Assembly (NCBI GenBank): GCA_016928395.1
Contig: JAFGKV010000147.1
Span: forward strand, 62,001-82,976
Length of the DNA: 20,976 bases
DNA from: Candidatus Fermentibacterota bacterium
Lineage (GTDB): Bacteria > JAFGKV01
Direction of reading: 5' to 3'
In this document: piece by piece, positions 1 through 8,323 of the stretch
How positions within the stretch are numbered: position 1 is the first letter of the stretch
Layout: each line of letters begins with the position of its first letter
The notes under the pieces: generated by a model
Told to the model about the DNA's origin: nothing
Databases searched by the model: none
Seen by the model: the letters and a program-made list of their open reading frames with translations, nothing else
Translations under genes and position numbers: made by a program

Positions 1-74
1 GAGTCGGCGGGAGCAATGTATTCCGTTTGGTGAAGCGGGGGACGGCCCGGGTCTCAGAGGAAGATGCCCAGTGA
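1..74 (+). CDS. 3' end of an upstream gene (partial), possibly an RsbW-like/HATPase_c_2 anti-sigma regulatory ATP-binding domain
   Basis: The frame starting at nt 3 is open: VGGSNVFRLVKRGTARVSEEDAQ, then TGA at 72-74. 'GGSNVFRLVK' resembles the terminal G-x-N-x-hydrophobic-x-L-x-K strand of RsbW-type domains. Only 23 codons are visible. Confidence 0.35.
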   Translation, partial: VGGSNVFRLVKRGTARVSEEDAQ

Positions 75-3000
75 AGAACGACCATCGCGACCAGACTGTT
101 CGCGCGTCGTTCATAAGGTATCAAAGGGGGCCTCGGTGACATTCCATGAGGAATCGGGATTGATCACTCAGGGTATAGGCAACAAAGCAGGGCAGGAGGC
201 GGGAGTGTCCGGGGCTTCCTCCGCCGATTCTGCTCTCTTTGAGGCTGGGACTATGTACCAGTCGCTTCACCGGCTCATGCGCCTGATGTGCGACAATGTG
301 CCTGATTTGATCTGGGCCAAAGACGCGCAGAAGCGGTACCTCTTCGCGAACAAGGCCATGTGTGAACGCCTGCTCAATGCCACCCACATCGACGAACCGA
401 GGGGCAAGACCGACATGTTCTTCGCCCAGCGTGAGAGGGCGGCGCATCCTGACCGACCAGATTGGCACACCTTCGGAGAGATCTGTCGTGACTCCGATGA
501 GGAAGTCATGCGTTCTGGGAAGCCGGGCAGGTTTGACGAGTACGGGAATGTTCGGGGAGAGCCCCTTTACCTAGACGTCTACAAGGCGCCGTTGGTGGAT
601 GAGAAGGGACGGTTGCTCGGCACGGTGGGGTGCGGCAGAGTCGTCACGCGGGAAAGGCATCTCGAAGCCGAGCAGAAGAGTACTGAAGAGGCGCTGAGAG
701 AGTCGCAGCAGATGCTGCGTCTGGTTCTTGATACGATCCCTGTGCGGGTGTTTTGGAAGGACACGTCCCTCAACTACTTGGGGTGCAACCGCCCGTTCGC
801 CCAAGATGGAGGGCTGGCGACGCCGCAGGAGATTATCGGCAAGAACGATTACGAATTGGGCTGGTCAGAGCAAGCCGATCTGTATCGGGCTGATGACAGA
901 AGCGTCATTACTAGGGGTCTTCCGAAACTGAACTACGAGGAACCCCAGACCACGCCGGATGGTGGCCGGATCTGGCTTTGTACCAGCAAGATTCCGCTTC
1001 GGGACAGTTCCGGCGGTGTGCGCGGCGTGCTGGGCACCTACGAAGATGTCACTGAACGGAAACGCCAGGAAATCGTTGAGCGGGTGGTGTACCGGATTGC
1101 CACCGCGGTGCATTCCGTTGACGATCTCGATCAGCTCTTCGAGGCAATTCGCATGAATTTGGGCGAACTGATGCCGGTGAGCAACATGTATGTCGCCCTC
1201 TTCGATACCGAATCGAACACTCTGTCGTTTCCGTATTTTCTGGATCAGGCGATGGATGCGCCGGTGGCCAAACCACTAGGCAAGGGTCTGACCGAGTATG
1301 TGCTGCGTACTGGGGAACCCCTCCTGGCAACCCCCGAGGTGTTCGATGATCTTGTGGCCCGGGGCGAGGTGGAGTCTCTGGGCGCGCCGTCGATCGATTG
1401 GCTGGGAGTGCCACTGCGTGCGGGCGACAGTGTCGTGGGGGTGCTGGCAGTGCAGACCTATGACCCGACGGTTCGATACACGGATTCGGATCGACAGATG
1501 CTGGCCTTTGTCTCCGATGAGGTGGCTACCGCCATTGCGCGGAAGCGGCATGAGGAGGAACAGGCCGCTCAGATGGCACGGATTCGGAGTCAGCAGGCCG
1601 CAGTGGTGCGGCTCGCCACGTCGGAGCTGGTCGCCTCCGGTGACTTCGCCGAAGCGGCCAGGGAATTCGCCGAGGTGGCCGCGCACACGCTCCAGGTCGA
1701 GCGGGTCGGTATCTGGCTGGGGAATCCAGACGAGCAGATGCGCTGTGTTGACCTCTATGCACTTTCAGACCAGACGCACGCAAGCGGCCTGACGCTCGAG
1801 GCGTCAAAGCATCCCCGATACTTCGCGGCATTGCTTTCGGACCGGGCCATCGCCGCTGATGAGGCCCTGACCGATCCTCGCACCAGCGAATTCAGAGAGT
1901 CGTATCTGATTCCTCACGGCATCACATCGATGCTGGATGCCCCTATACGCGTCGCTGGACGAGTAAGGGGCATTGTCTGCTTCGAACATGTCGGCAAGCC
2001 TCGGCGGTGGCGTGCAGATGAGGAGCGGTTTGCCGGCGAGATCGCCGACCAGGTGGCGCAGGCTCTGGTGTACCAGCAGCGGCGGAGGGCCGAGGAAGAG
2101 CGCAGGGCACTGGAGAAGAGGGTTCAGCATACCCAGAAGCTGGAGAGCCTTGGCGTACTTGCCGGCGGCATCGCGCACGATTTCAACAACATACTCACCG
2201 CTATCCTTGGACACGCGGATCTTGCGCTGTTGCGCCTCCCACCGGTCTCCCCGGCTCGCCATGATCTTGAACGCGTGGTGACTGCCGCCCGGCGTGCGGC
2301 AGACATTAGCCGGCAACTCCTCGCCTACTCTGGCAAGGGGCAGTTCGTGTCGCAACGACTTGACCTGAAGCAGGTCGTGGTCGAGATGGCACACATCCTG
2401 AATGTTTCCATCTCCAAGAAGGCATCGCTTCGGTTCTCCTTTGCCACCGAGCTTTCTGCCATACACGCAGACCCTGGTCAGATTCGTCAGGTCATCATGA
2501 ACCTCATCATCAATGCCTCAGAGTCCCTCGGAGAAGGAGAGGGAGAGATCATCCTTTCGACCGGTGTGAGATACTGCGATCGTGAGAGTCTGATGAGCTC
2601 CTGGCCGGGGGAGGATCTACCCGAAGGCCACTATGTGTGTGTTGAGGTCGCCGACACAGGGTGCGGTATGGATGAGGCCACCATGGCACGGCTCTTTGAC
2701 CCCTTCTTCACCACCAAGTTTGCCGGGCGCGGTCTCGGCCTGGCCGCGGTTCTGGGGATTATCCGAGGCCATGGCGGCGCCATACAGGTGGAGAGCACGC
2801 CAGGCCAGGGTTCTTTGTTCCGGGTGCTGTTCCCTCCGGCTTCGGAGGCGGTTGTGTGTGAGGGTCAGGACCAGAGCGAGGCGGGGACGGTGCGAGGAGT
2901 CGGAACAGTCTTGCTCGTGGATGATGAGGAATCAGTGAGAAGCGTTGGTAAAGAGATGCTTGAGCTCCTGGGTTACGCCGTACTCATCGCTTCCGACGGG

Positions 3001-3276
3001 CAGGAGGCGGTGGCAGCAGTCCGTGAGAAGGGTGCGGAGATCTCGTGTGTGATCCTTGATCTCACCATGCCCCGCATGGATGGGGTCGAGACCTTCGGCG
3101 AATTGCGATCAATTCGGGAAGATCTACCGGTGATCCTCTCCAGCGGCTACGCGGAACACGAGGCCACGCGCCACTTCACCGGGAGCGGGCTCACCGGGTT
3201 CATTCAGAAGCCGTATCTGGTGACAACGCTGGGAGAACGGATTCGCGAGGCCCTTTCCGGGGGCCGGAAGGGCTGA
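64..3276 (+). CDS. Cytoplasmic hybrid sensor histidine kinase/response regulator (PAS-PAS-GAF-GAF-HisKA-HATPase-REC, CckA-like)
   Basis: Two PAS/PAC domains (DNVPDLIWAKD..., DTIPVRVFWKD...), two GAF domains (..GKGLTEYVLRTGEP.., ..GITSMLDAPI..), H-box LAGGIAHDFNNIL, N-box NLIINA, G1 DTGCGM, F-box FDPFFTTK, G2 GRGLGL, receiver VDDE / LDLTMPRMDG / FIQKP. No TM segment. True start is uncertain: ATG64, GTG136 (AAGGGGG upstream) or ATG253 (GAGG upstream). Confidence 0.95.
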   Translation: MPSEERPSRPDCSRVVHKVSKGASVTFHEESGLITQGIGNKAGQEAGVSGASSADSALFEAGTMYQSLHRLMRLMCDNVPDLIWAKDAQKRYLFANKAMCERLLNATHIDEPRGKTDMFFAQRERAAHPDRPDWHTFGEICRDSDEEVMRSGKPGRFDEYGNVRGEPLYLDVYKAPLVDEKGRLLGTVGCGRVVTRERHLEAEQKSTEEALRESQQMLRLVLDTIPVRVFWKDTSLNYLGCNRPFAQDGGLATPQEIIGKNDYELGWSEQADLYRADDRSVITRGLPKLNYEEPQTTPDGGRIWLCTSKIPLRDSSGGVRGVLGTYEDVTERKRQEIVERVVYRIATAVHSVDDLDQLFEAIRMNLGELMPVSNMYVALFDTESNTLSFPYFLDQAMDAPVAKPLGKGLTEYVLRTGEPLLATPEVFDDLVARGEVESLGAPSIDWLGVPLRAGDSVVGVLAVQTYDPTVRYTDSDRQMLAFVSDEVATAIARKRHEEEQAAQMARIRSQQAAVVRLATSELVASGDFAEAAREFAEVAAHTLQVERVGIWLGNPDEQMRCVDLYALSDQTHASGLTLEASKHPRYFAALLSDRAIAADEALTDPRTSEFRESYLIPHGITSMLDAPIRVAGRVRGIVCFEHVGKPRRWRADEERFAGEIADQVAQALVYQQRRRAEEERRALEKRVQHTQKLESLGVLAGGIAHDFNNILTAILGHADLALLRLPPVSPARHDLERVVTAARRAADISRQLLAYSGKGQFVSQRLDLKQVVVEMAHILNVSISKKASLRFSFATELSAIHADPGQIRQVIMNLIINASESLGEGEGEIILSTGVRYCDRESLMSSWPGEDLPEGHYVCVEVADTGCGMDEATMARLFDPFFTTKFAGRGLGLAAVLGIIRGHGGAIQVESTPGQGSLFRVLFPPASEAVVCEGQDQSEAGTVRGVGTVLLVDDEESVRSVGKEMLELLGYAVLIASDGQEAVAAVREKGAEISCVILDLTMPRMDGVETFGELRSIREDLPVILSSGYAEHEATRHFTGSGLTGFIQKPYLVTTLGERIREALSGGRKG

Positions 3277-3654
3277 GAGGCGAGTCACGCCGGGGGGTGG
3301 AAGTGTGCTCTCCCCGTCAAGGTCGGGGCTGGGCATCCGTGGCATTGGCGCCTATCTCCGGTGGTTGCACGGTGCTCGGGGGTCCACGCCGCCTTATGCG
3401 ACCGTCCCGCGTGCATGGTCGTCGCCGGTTCCCGGAGCACGCCTGGTTAGGAAGAGCTGGATTGCGACACCCGGCAAGTGAGCCTGAAGTACCGTTCGGC
3501 CGAGGACAAGAAAGGTGCGCGCCATGCTTCCGATGAGGCGACCTCTTGTTCTAATGTTGCCATTCAGGGTGTAGGGCTGGTGGGCGCTCCCGCTCTGCAG
3601 AAGGTCATTGGCTGCCGGTTCGCCAGACTCTATTCTGCCGGTGGCGGGAGAGGA

Positions 3655-4308
3655 CTATGTCGTCGACCCAGAGAGGGTTTCCAGATGGCGCAGCAGGGAT
3701 GCGGTCTGTTTGATGAGGGCAGTTTTCCGCTGGTACTCAGAGCGGAGACGCGCGATGAGTCTGACGTCGCCGGGGTTTCTCCGTACCGCCGTACGTAGGG
3801 CCTCGATGGCACGGTCCACCGCGGCCACGTTCTTCCACACGGCCAGAGCCGCCCGTACCGCCGGTGTAGGGTGACGAGTCGTGAGGTCAGTGAGAATAAC
3901 CGCCCTCGCGGCAGAGGTCTCGTGTTCCGCAGGGTCAAACGCGGCCAGAATCGCATTGGCTGTGGGCGTATGGAGCCCGATTGGTGCCACGGGTCCTTGT
4001 CTTGCGTGATGCAGGATCCCCATGACGGCGATCAGCACCATGGCGGCGGCCAGCAGAGGCAGCCGCCGAGATGAGGGCATCACGCGGCTGGTTTCCAGGA
4101 TGCGAGACCTGACACGTGGCCATACATCGTGGGGAGGGTTCACTTCGGCCGGAAGGGCTGAAACCCTTGCTCGCAGGCTACGAAGGAAGCGTTCCTCTTC
4201 CCGGCATCTCTCGCACGTCTGCAGATGAGCCTCAACCTCGATGCTGATGGCATTGGCGAGGGTTCCGTCGATATACTCATCCATCAGATGGATCGGGTGG
4301 TCATTCAT
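3655..4308 (-). CDS. Zinc-binding anti-sigma factor (ZAS/zf-HC2) with one TM helix and a helical extracytoplasmic C-terminal domain
   Basis: YIDGTL...HLQTCERC (HxxxCxxC), PxxDVWPxV motif, hydrophobic LPLLAAAMVLIAVMGIL segment. Start overlaps the sigma stop (ATGA-type 4-nt overlap at 4305-4308). Confidence 0.9.
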   Translation of the reverse strand: MNDHPIHLMDEYIDGTLANAISIEVEAHLQTCERCREEERFLRSLRARVSALPAEVNPPHDVWPRVRSRILETSRVMPSSRRLPLLAAAMVLIAVMGILHHARQGPVAPIGLHTPTANAILAAFDPAEHETSAARAVILTDLTTRHPTPAVRAALAVWKNVAAVDRAIEALRTAVRRNPGDVRLIARLRSEYQRKTALIKQTASLLRHLETLSGSTT

Positions 4309-4886
4309 CGTTCAAGCCTCAGGCGAAGCAGCCTCCGTGCCCTATGGAGTTGTGCCTTGGAGGTTCCCACTGAGACACCGGCAAGCTCGGCGATCTCATG
4401 GTGTTCATATCCCTCCACATCATGCAGCACGAAGACGGTGCGTGCACCATCGGGCAAGCTGGCGATAGCGCGTTCTATGTCAAGCCTGTCCGCTGTGTCA
4501 GGATCATGCGTGCTGTACGCTTCGATGCTGTCAGAGGCAACTCCCTCACTATCCGTGCCCGCATCAACGCGAGCGGACTCATGGAAGCGGATTCTCCCCA
4601 GCGATCGTCCGCTTTCAACAATGACATTGACCGTAAGACGATACATCCAGGAGGAAAATGCCGCGGCGCCTCGAAACGTCGCAAGCTTCTCCCACGCCCG
4701 AACAAAGGCTTCCTGCGCCAGCTCCTCGGCCCTGGTCTGATCGGCAACCATGCGCAGGCAGATGGCATAGACCCGCCCGATATGGCGCCGGTAGAGGCGT
4801 TCGAATGCATGATGATCGCCACGGGCCGCCCTTCCTACCAGAAGCGCGTCCTCAAGGCTTTGGAGCACGCTCATTCCAGGTTTCAC
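4305..4886 (-). CDS. ECF-family RNA polymerase sigma-70 factor
   Basis: Region 2: GDHHAFERLYRRH...AEELAQEAFVRAW...FRGAAAFSSWMYRLTVN. Region 4: LPDGARTVFVLHDVEGYEHHEIAELAGVSVGTSKAQLHRARRLL. Alternative start ATG at 4874. Confidence 0.95.
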   Translation of the reverse strand: MKPGMSVLQSLEDALLVGRAARGDHHAFERLYRRHIGRVYAICLRMVADQTRAEELAQEAFVRAWEKLATFRGAAAFSSWMYRLTVNVIVESGRSLGRIRFHESARVDAGTDSEGVASDSIEAYSTHDPDTADRLDIERAIASLPDGARTVFVLHDVEGYEHHEIAELAGVSVGTSKAQLHRARRLLRLRLER

Positions 4887-4928
4887 CGGGGCCGGGTGGC
4901 GTTGGGAATCCGCCTCATGACAGCACGT

Positions 4929-5735
4929 TCAGTCCTTCGACGCGTATCCCAGAAGAGAACTGGCAAGGGTGCCCAGGGAGTATCGTTTCGCGTGGCGGGG
5001 AGAGGGCACTATCCGGCCGATATCCTCATCCTCCAGCACTGCCCGGGGCAGATCATCCGCTATGATGCACGCATATTCCTGGCCGCCCAGCTTGGCGATC
5101 CGGCGGTATGCCCGGGCCCAGAGATCCGGGATGGGTGGGGGAGAATGAAGGTCTGAACCGAGAAGGTGGATGAGATGATTGCGTACTAGATACTCCGCGA
5201 AACGCTGCACGCGAGTTCCATGAATGCCGAGAAGAGAACCCAAGTCCAGTTGGGCGAGGATGCCTTTCGAGTACCATGCCCGTAGTTCCGCAATGTCACG
5301 ATGCAATGGGTAGCATCGCTCCGGATGGGCGACGATGGGTATGACGCCCAGTTCAGTCATGTGCTCCAGAGTCGTGAAGGCGAACCATGGGATCTCTCGG
5401 CTCGAGAACTCGACCAAGGCATAGTGCTTCATCTTTCCGATACCTGTCAGCTCTCCGGATCGTACCCGTTCGGCCAGGCCCTGCTGAATCATGATCTCGT
5501 TGGCCACGGTGACCTCCAGAGGAATTCCTCCGATCTCCAGAGCCTCCCGCGTTCGGGTGAGCGCCTCTGATACGGTTTCGGGAGGAATTTCGTAGACGCC
5601 CGGCAGATGATGCACCGTTGCCACGGCGTGTTTGATGCCCTCACTCGTCAGGTAGTTGGCCAGCGCAACGGTTTCTTCAAGGGTACCACATCCGTCATCA
5701 AGACCGGGAAGCAAGTGCACATGGAGGTCTATCAC
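4929..5735 (-). CDS. PHP-family protein-tyrosine phosphatase (CpsB/CapC/YwqE-like)
   Basis: MIDLHVHLLPGLDDG, ATVHH, ANEI, LVEF, PIVAHPER and GSDLH, i.e. the full metal-ligand and phosphate-binding motif set of the CpsB/YwqE family. GTG start with GAGGA just upstream. Confidence 0.92.
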   Translation of the reverse strand: MIDLHVHLLPGLDDGCGTLEETVALANYLTSEGIKHAVATVHHLPGVYEIPPETVSEALTRTREALEIGGIPLEVTVANEIMIQQGLAERVRSGELTGIGKMKHYALVEFSSREIPWFAFTTLEHMTELGVIPIVAHPERCYPLHRDIAELRAWYSKGILAQLDLGSLLGIHGTRVQRFAEYLVRNHLIHLLGSDLHSPPPIPDLWARAYRRIAKLGGQEYACIIADDLPRAVLEDEDIGRIVPSPRHAKRYSLGTLASSLLGYASKD

Positions 5736-5783
5736 GTAATCCTCGACAGCAGGTCAGGGAAGGGGGCGACTTTAGAACGCACC

Positions 5784-5812
5784 CAAATAAGAAACCTGGA
5801 GAAGTCGGTCAA
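5784..5812 (-). promoter_or_regulatory. Possible sigma70-type promoter for the PHP-ECF-anti-sigma unit
   Basis: Minus strand TTGACC-17 nt-TATTTG. The -35 is good but the -10 lacks the final T. Confidence 0.3.
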
Positions 5813-5827
5813 TGCGCTAGTCCACGT

Positions 5828-5856
5828 TTGGCCGCGGCAATCTCGAAGCCTATCTT
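5828..5856 (+). promoter_or_regulatory. Possible sigma70-type promoter for the TGase-like/adenylate cyclase unit
   Basis: TTGGCC(5828-5833)-17 nt-TATCTT(5851-5856). The same -10 hexamer occurs upstream of ychF. Confidence 0.4.
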
Positions 5857-5982
5857 GCTATGCCATTCGGCGCGATGAGGTTCCCTCTGCGCAATGTAGA
5901 AGGCTGTGGCGATGGTTCGCCGCGGACCCGTCTGAGGGTAGGCTTGCGCCGCAAATGCGGCCGCAGATGGTGGAGATAGCCC

Positions 5983-8316
5983 ATGAATGCATTCAGATGT
6001 ATGCTCCTTCCGATGTGCATGGCAGGTGCGGCCTATGCTGCACTTGTCTCGGCTGAGGCCACTGTGCCCGGCGACTCCCGCGAGGCGGGCATCGAGGCCG
6101 TACAAGCTGCACTGAGAGCCGTTCTTGATTCGGCCGTGACCGAGATCATCGGCCCAGAGTTGCCTACGCGATTCCCTCGCGACATTGAGGCACGCATTCA
6201 CGCGCAGCGCAGGGCCTATGTGGCTCACTTCAATATTCCCTACATTTCATCCGAGCTCGACACGCCTTACGATGGGCGCACCTGCCGGAAGGTCCGAGCA
6301 GAAGTGCGCATGGCTGCCCTGGCGGATAGCCTGATTGATATGGGTCTGGCCTGGCGGGATACCCGCGATCAGGTTTGGCCATGCCAGGAGATCACGGTGA
6401 ATTTCCTGGGCTTCTCTCCTGATGATGCGCGAGCCGCGACCGTGGCCCTCCTCTCGTCGGGGAATGTGGCCCGAAGCGTGGAACCGGTTGCCATGGATGA
6501 AAGAATCCAGCAACGATTCCTCGTGCCGGGAGATGGCTGGGGTTTGGCGCGGGCACTGGGCAAGGCCAGCGCCGGTCGGTGGGGTGTCGCCGCGGTGCAG
6601 GGGAACATAGTGGATGTCATAATGGGGGGCGACACGTCACAGCGCCCCTCGCCGACGCGGAGTGATCTGCCGCCCCTGGAGATTGAGGAGATATGGATTG
6701 ATGAGGTGTTTCCCGCCCGCCAGGCCATGTACCAGACCCGTCCCATTGGTAGAGTGATTGTGGCACTCCATGAACCCAGGCCAGCCAGCCGGTTGGAGCT
6801 GGAGATCACGTGCCCCGAGTACCTTGACGTGCCGCTGACCATTCCTGTCGGCAATCTGCAGCCTTCGGAGACCAAGACGATCCCGCTGACCATACCGTTC
6901 TCGGCCCACAGGCTGATGCGGAACAAAGCGCCGACGATGGCCATGGCCAGGGTGGTAGCCCGGTGCTGGGCCGTTGGCGGACAGAAGGAGGCTGCATCCA
7001 GCGTGACCTTCACCGTCCATGGCCGGAATGCCATAGATTGGGAGGACGTGCAATCGGCCTGTGCCTTCGTCACCCCGGAAGCCGACGATGTGCAGCACAT
7101 GACCCGGGCCGCGGCAACCTTTGACGTGCCGCACGTTGATGTCTTGCCGGGTCGTCTGGAACTTGGGTTCAAGGTGGTGCGGGCTCTCACCAGTCTCTCC
7201 CTGCGATACGTACCTGATCCGACTTCTACCGGATCTGCCTATGACCGTGTGCAGTTCGCCGGGGAGACGCTACGGCTTCGTTCAGGTGATTGCGAAGATT
7301 CGGCGATGCTCTTGGCATCATGCCTGGAGGGCGGCGATATCCCGACTGAACTCCTGCTCACCAAAGACCATGTCTTCGCAGCGTTTTCCACGGGGCTCTT
7401 CGAAAAGGACGGGTTTCTGGTAGCGCCAGAGCGGGAGCGATACATCGTTCGCGAGGGGATGGTGTGGCTTCCCGTTGAGACGACGCTGTTGGCCAAGGGA
7501 TTCCTTCCGGCGTGGGAGGAAGGCGTCCGTACGTTCCGTGAGATCGAGAGGTCGGGAGATTACCTTGAACGCGTGAATGTCCGCGAAGGATGGAAGACCT
7601 ATCCTCCTGCGACGCTTGAACCCGCGGGTAGTCTCGGCACGCTCAGTGCGGAGGGTGCAGCTGCCGAGCTGAGCCTGTGGCTCGCGCAGCGAGAGCGCGA
7701 GATGTCTGCCGTCGAGCGGGGGTTGCGAATTTCGGTGGCACGCCAGCCCGAGGATCACGGTGTCGCATACCGTCTGGGGGTGTTTTTGGGCCGCACCGGC
7801 AGGATAGACGAGGCAGGGGCGCTTTTCGCCGCCATCCCGGACGGGCACAAGCTGGGCGCCTGGGCACGGGTGGGTGAAGGGAACTGCTCTCTACTGGCCA
7901 CTCAGGCTGACTCGGCGGTGGTGCGATTTACCCGGGCCACGGAGTTGGCCCCAGATGATCCGGTGCCGTGGGTCAATCTGGGTGTGGCGTTCCACGTCGC
8001 GGGCGACGTGAACGGTGCAGCCTCGGCCTTCGGGCGCGCCCTTGGAGCAGTCGGAGGCAATGAGGATGCGTTGGCGCGGCTGCTGGGAGTGCGCCTGGAT
8101 GATCTCTCCACCAAGGCGGACGATGCGGAGAGCCGCAGGGCACTCACGCAGGCCGAGATGAGGGCCCTCATGGAGCGAGCCCGCGCCTCGCATGCCGGGA
8201 AGCAGGTGGCGCAGCGCGGGCCGAGCAGGCACAAGTTCGCTGGGCGCAAGGCTCTGGACCCACAGCAGCGCCTGAAGGCCGAGCGGCTGATCTACTGGCC
8301 AGAGCCCGTGGTCTGA
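5983..8316 (+). CDS. Secreted multidomain protein with a transglutaminase-like (papain-fold) cysteine enzyme core and C-terminal TPR repeats
   Basis: Signal-peptide-like N-terminus (MNAFRCMLLPMCMAGAAYA-A), GGAG RBS, beta-rich Ig-like middle region, LRYVPDP...VQFAGETLRLRSGDCEDSAMLLASCLE (Cys437), DHVFAAF (His463), WLPVETT (Glu499), TPR helices (AYRLGVFLGRTG, FTRATELAPDDPVPWVNLGVAFHVAGD). Confidence 0.8.
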   Translation: MNAFRCMLLPMCMAGAAYAALVSAEATVPGDSREAGIEAVQAALRAVLDSAVTEIIGPELPTRFPRDIEARIHAQRRAYVAHFNIPYISSELDTPYDGRTCRKVRAEVRMAALADSLIDMGLAWRDTRDQVWPCQEITVNFLGFSPDDARAATVALLSSGNVARSVEPVAMDERIQQRFLVPGDGWGLARALGKASAGRWGVAAVQGNIVDVIMGGDTSQRPSPTRSDLPPLEIEEIWIDEVFPARQAMYQTRPIGRVIVALHEPRPASRLELEITCPEYLDVPLTIPVGNLQPSETKTIPLTIPFSAHRLMRNKAPTMAMARVVARCWAVGGQKEAASSVTFTVHGRNAIDWEDVQSACAFVTPEADDVQHMTRAAATFDVPHVDVLPGRLELGFKVVRALTSLSLRYVPDPTSTGSAYDRVQFAGETLRLRSGDCEDSAMLLASCLEGGDIPTELLLTKDHVFAAFSTGLFEKDGFLVAPERERYIVREGMVWLPVETTLLAKGFLPAWEEGVRTFREIERSGDYLERVNVREGWKTYPPATLEPAGSLGTLSAEGAAAELSLWLAQREREMSAVERGLRISVARQPEDHGVAYRLGVFLGRTGRIDEAGALFAAIPDGHKLGAWARVGEGNCSLLATQADSAVVRFTRATELAPDDPVPWVNLGVAFHVAGDVNGAASAFGRALGAVGGNEDALARLLGVRLDDLSTKADDAESRRALTQAEMRALMERARASHAGKQVAQRGPSRHKFAGRKALDPQQRLKAERLIYWPEPVV

Positions 8317-8323
8317 CCCCGTC

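Noticed and set aside
3250-3273. Hairpin GCCCTTTCCGG-GGG-CCGGAAGGGC as terminator
   Set aside because: Lies inside the last codons of the kinase and has no U-tract on either strand.
3297-3798. Small ORFs in the kinase/anti-sigma spacer (79 and 106 aa) and in the 11786-12166 and 14731-15140 spacers
   Set aside because: No SD, no domain-like composition, and mostly non-ATG starts.
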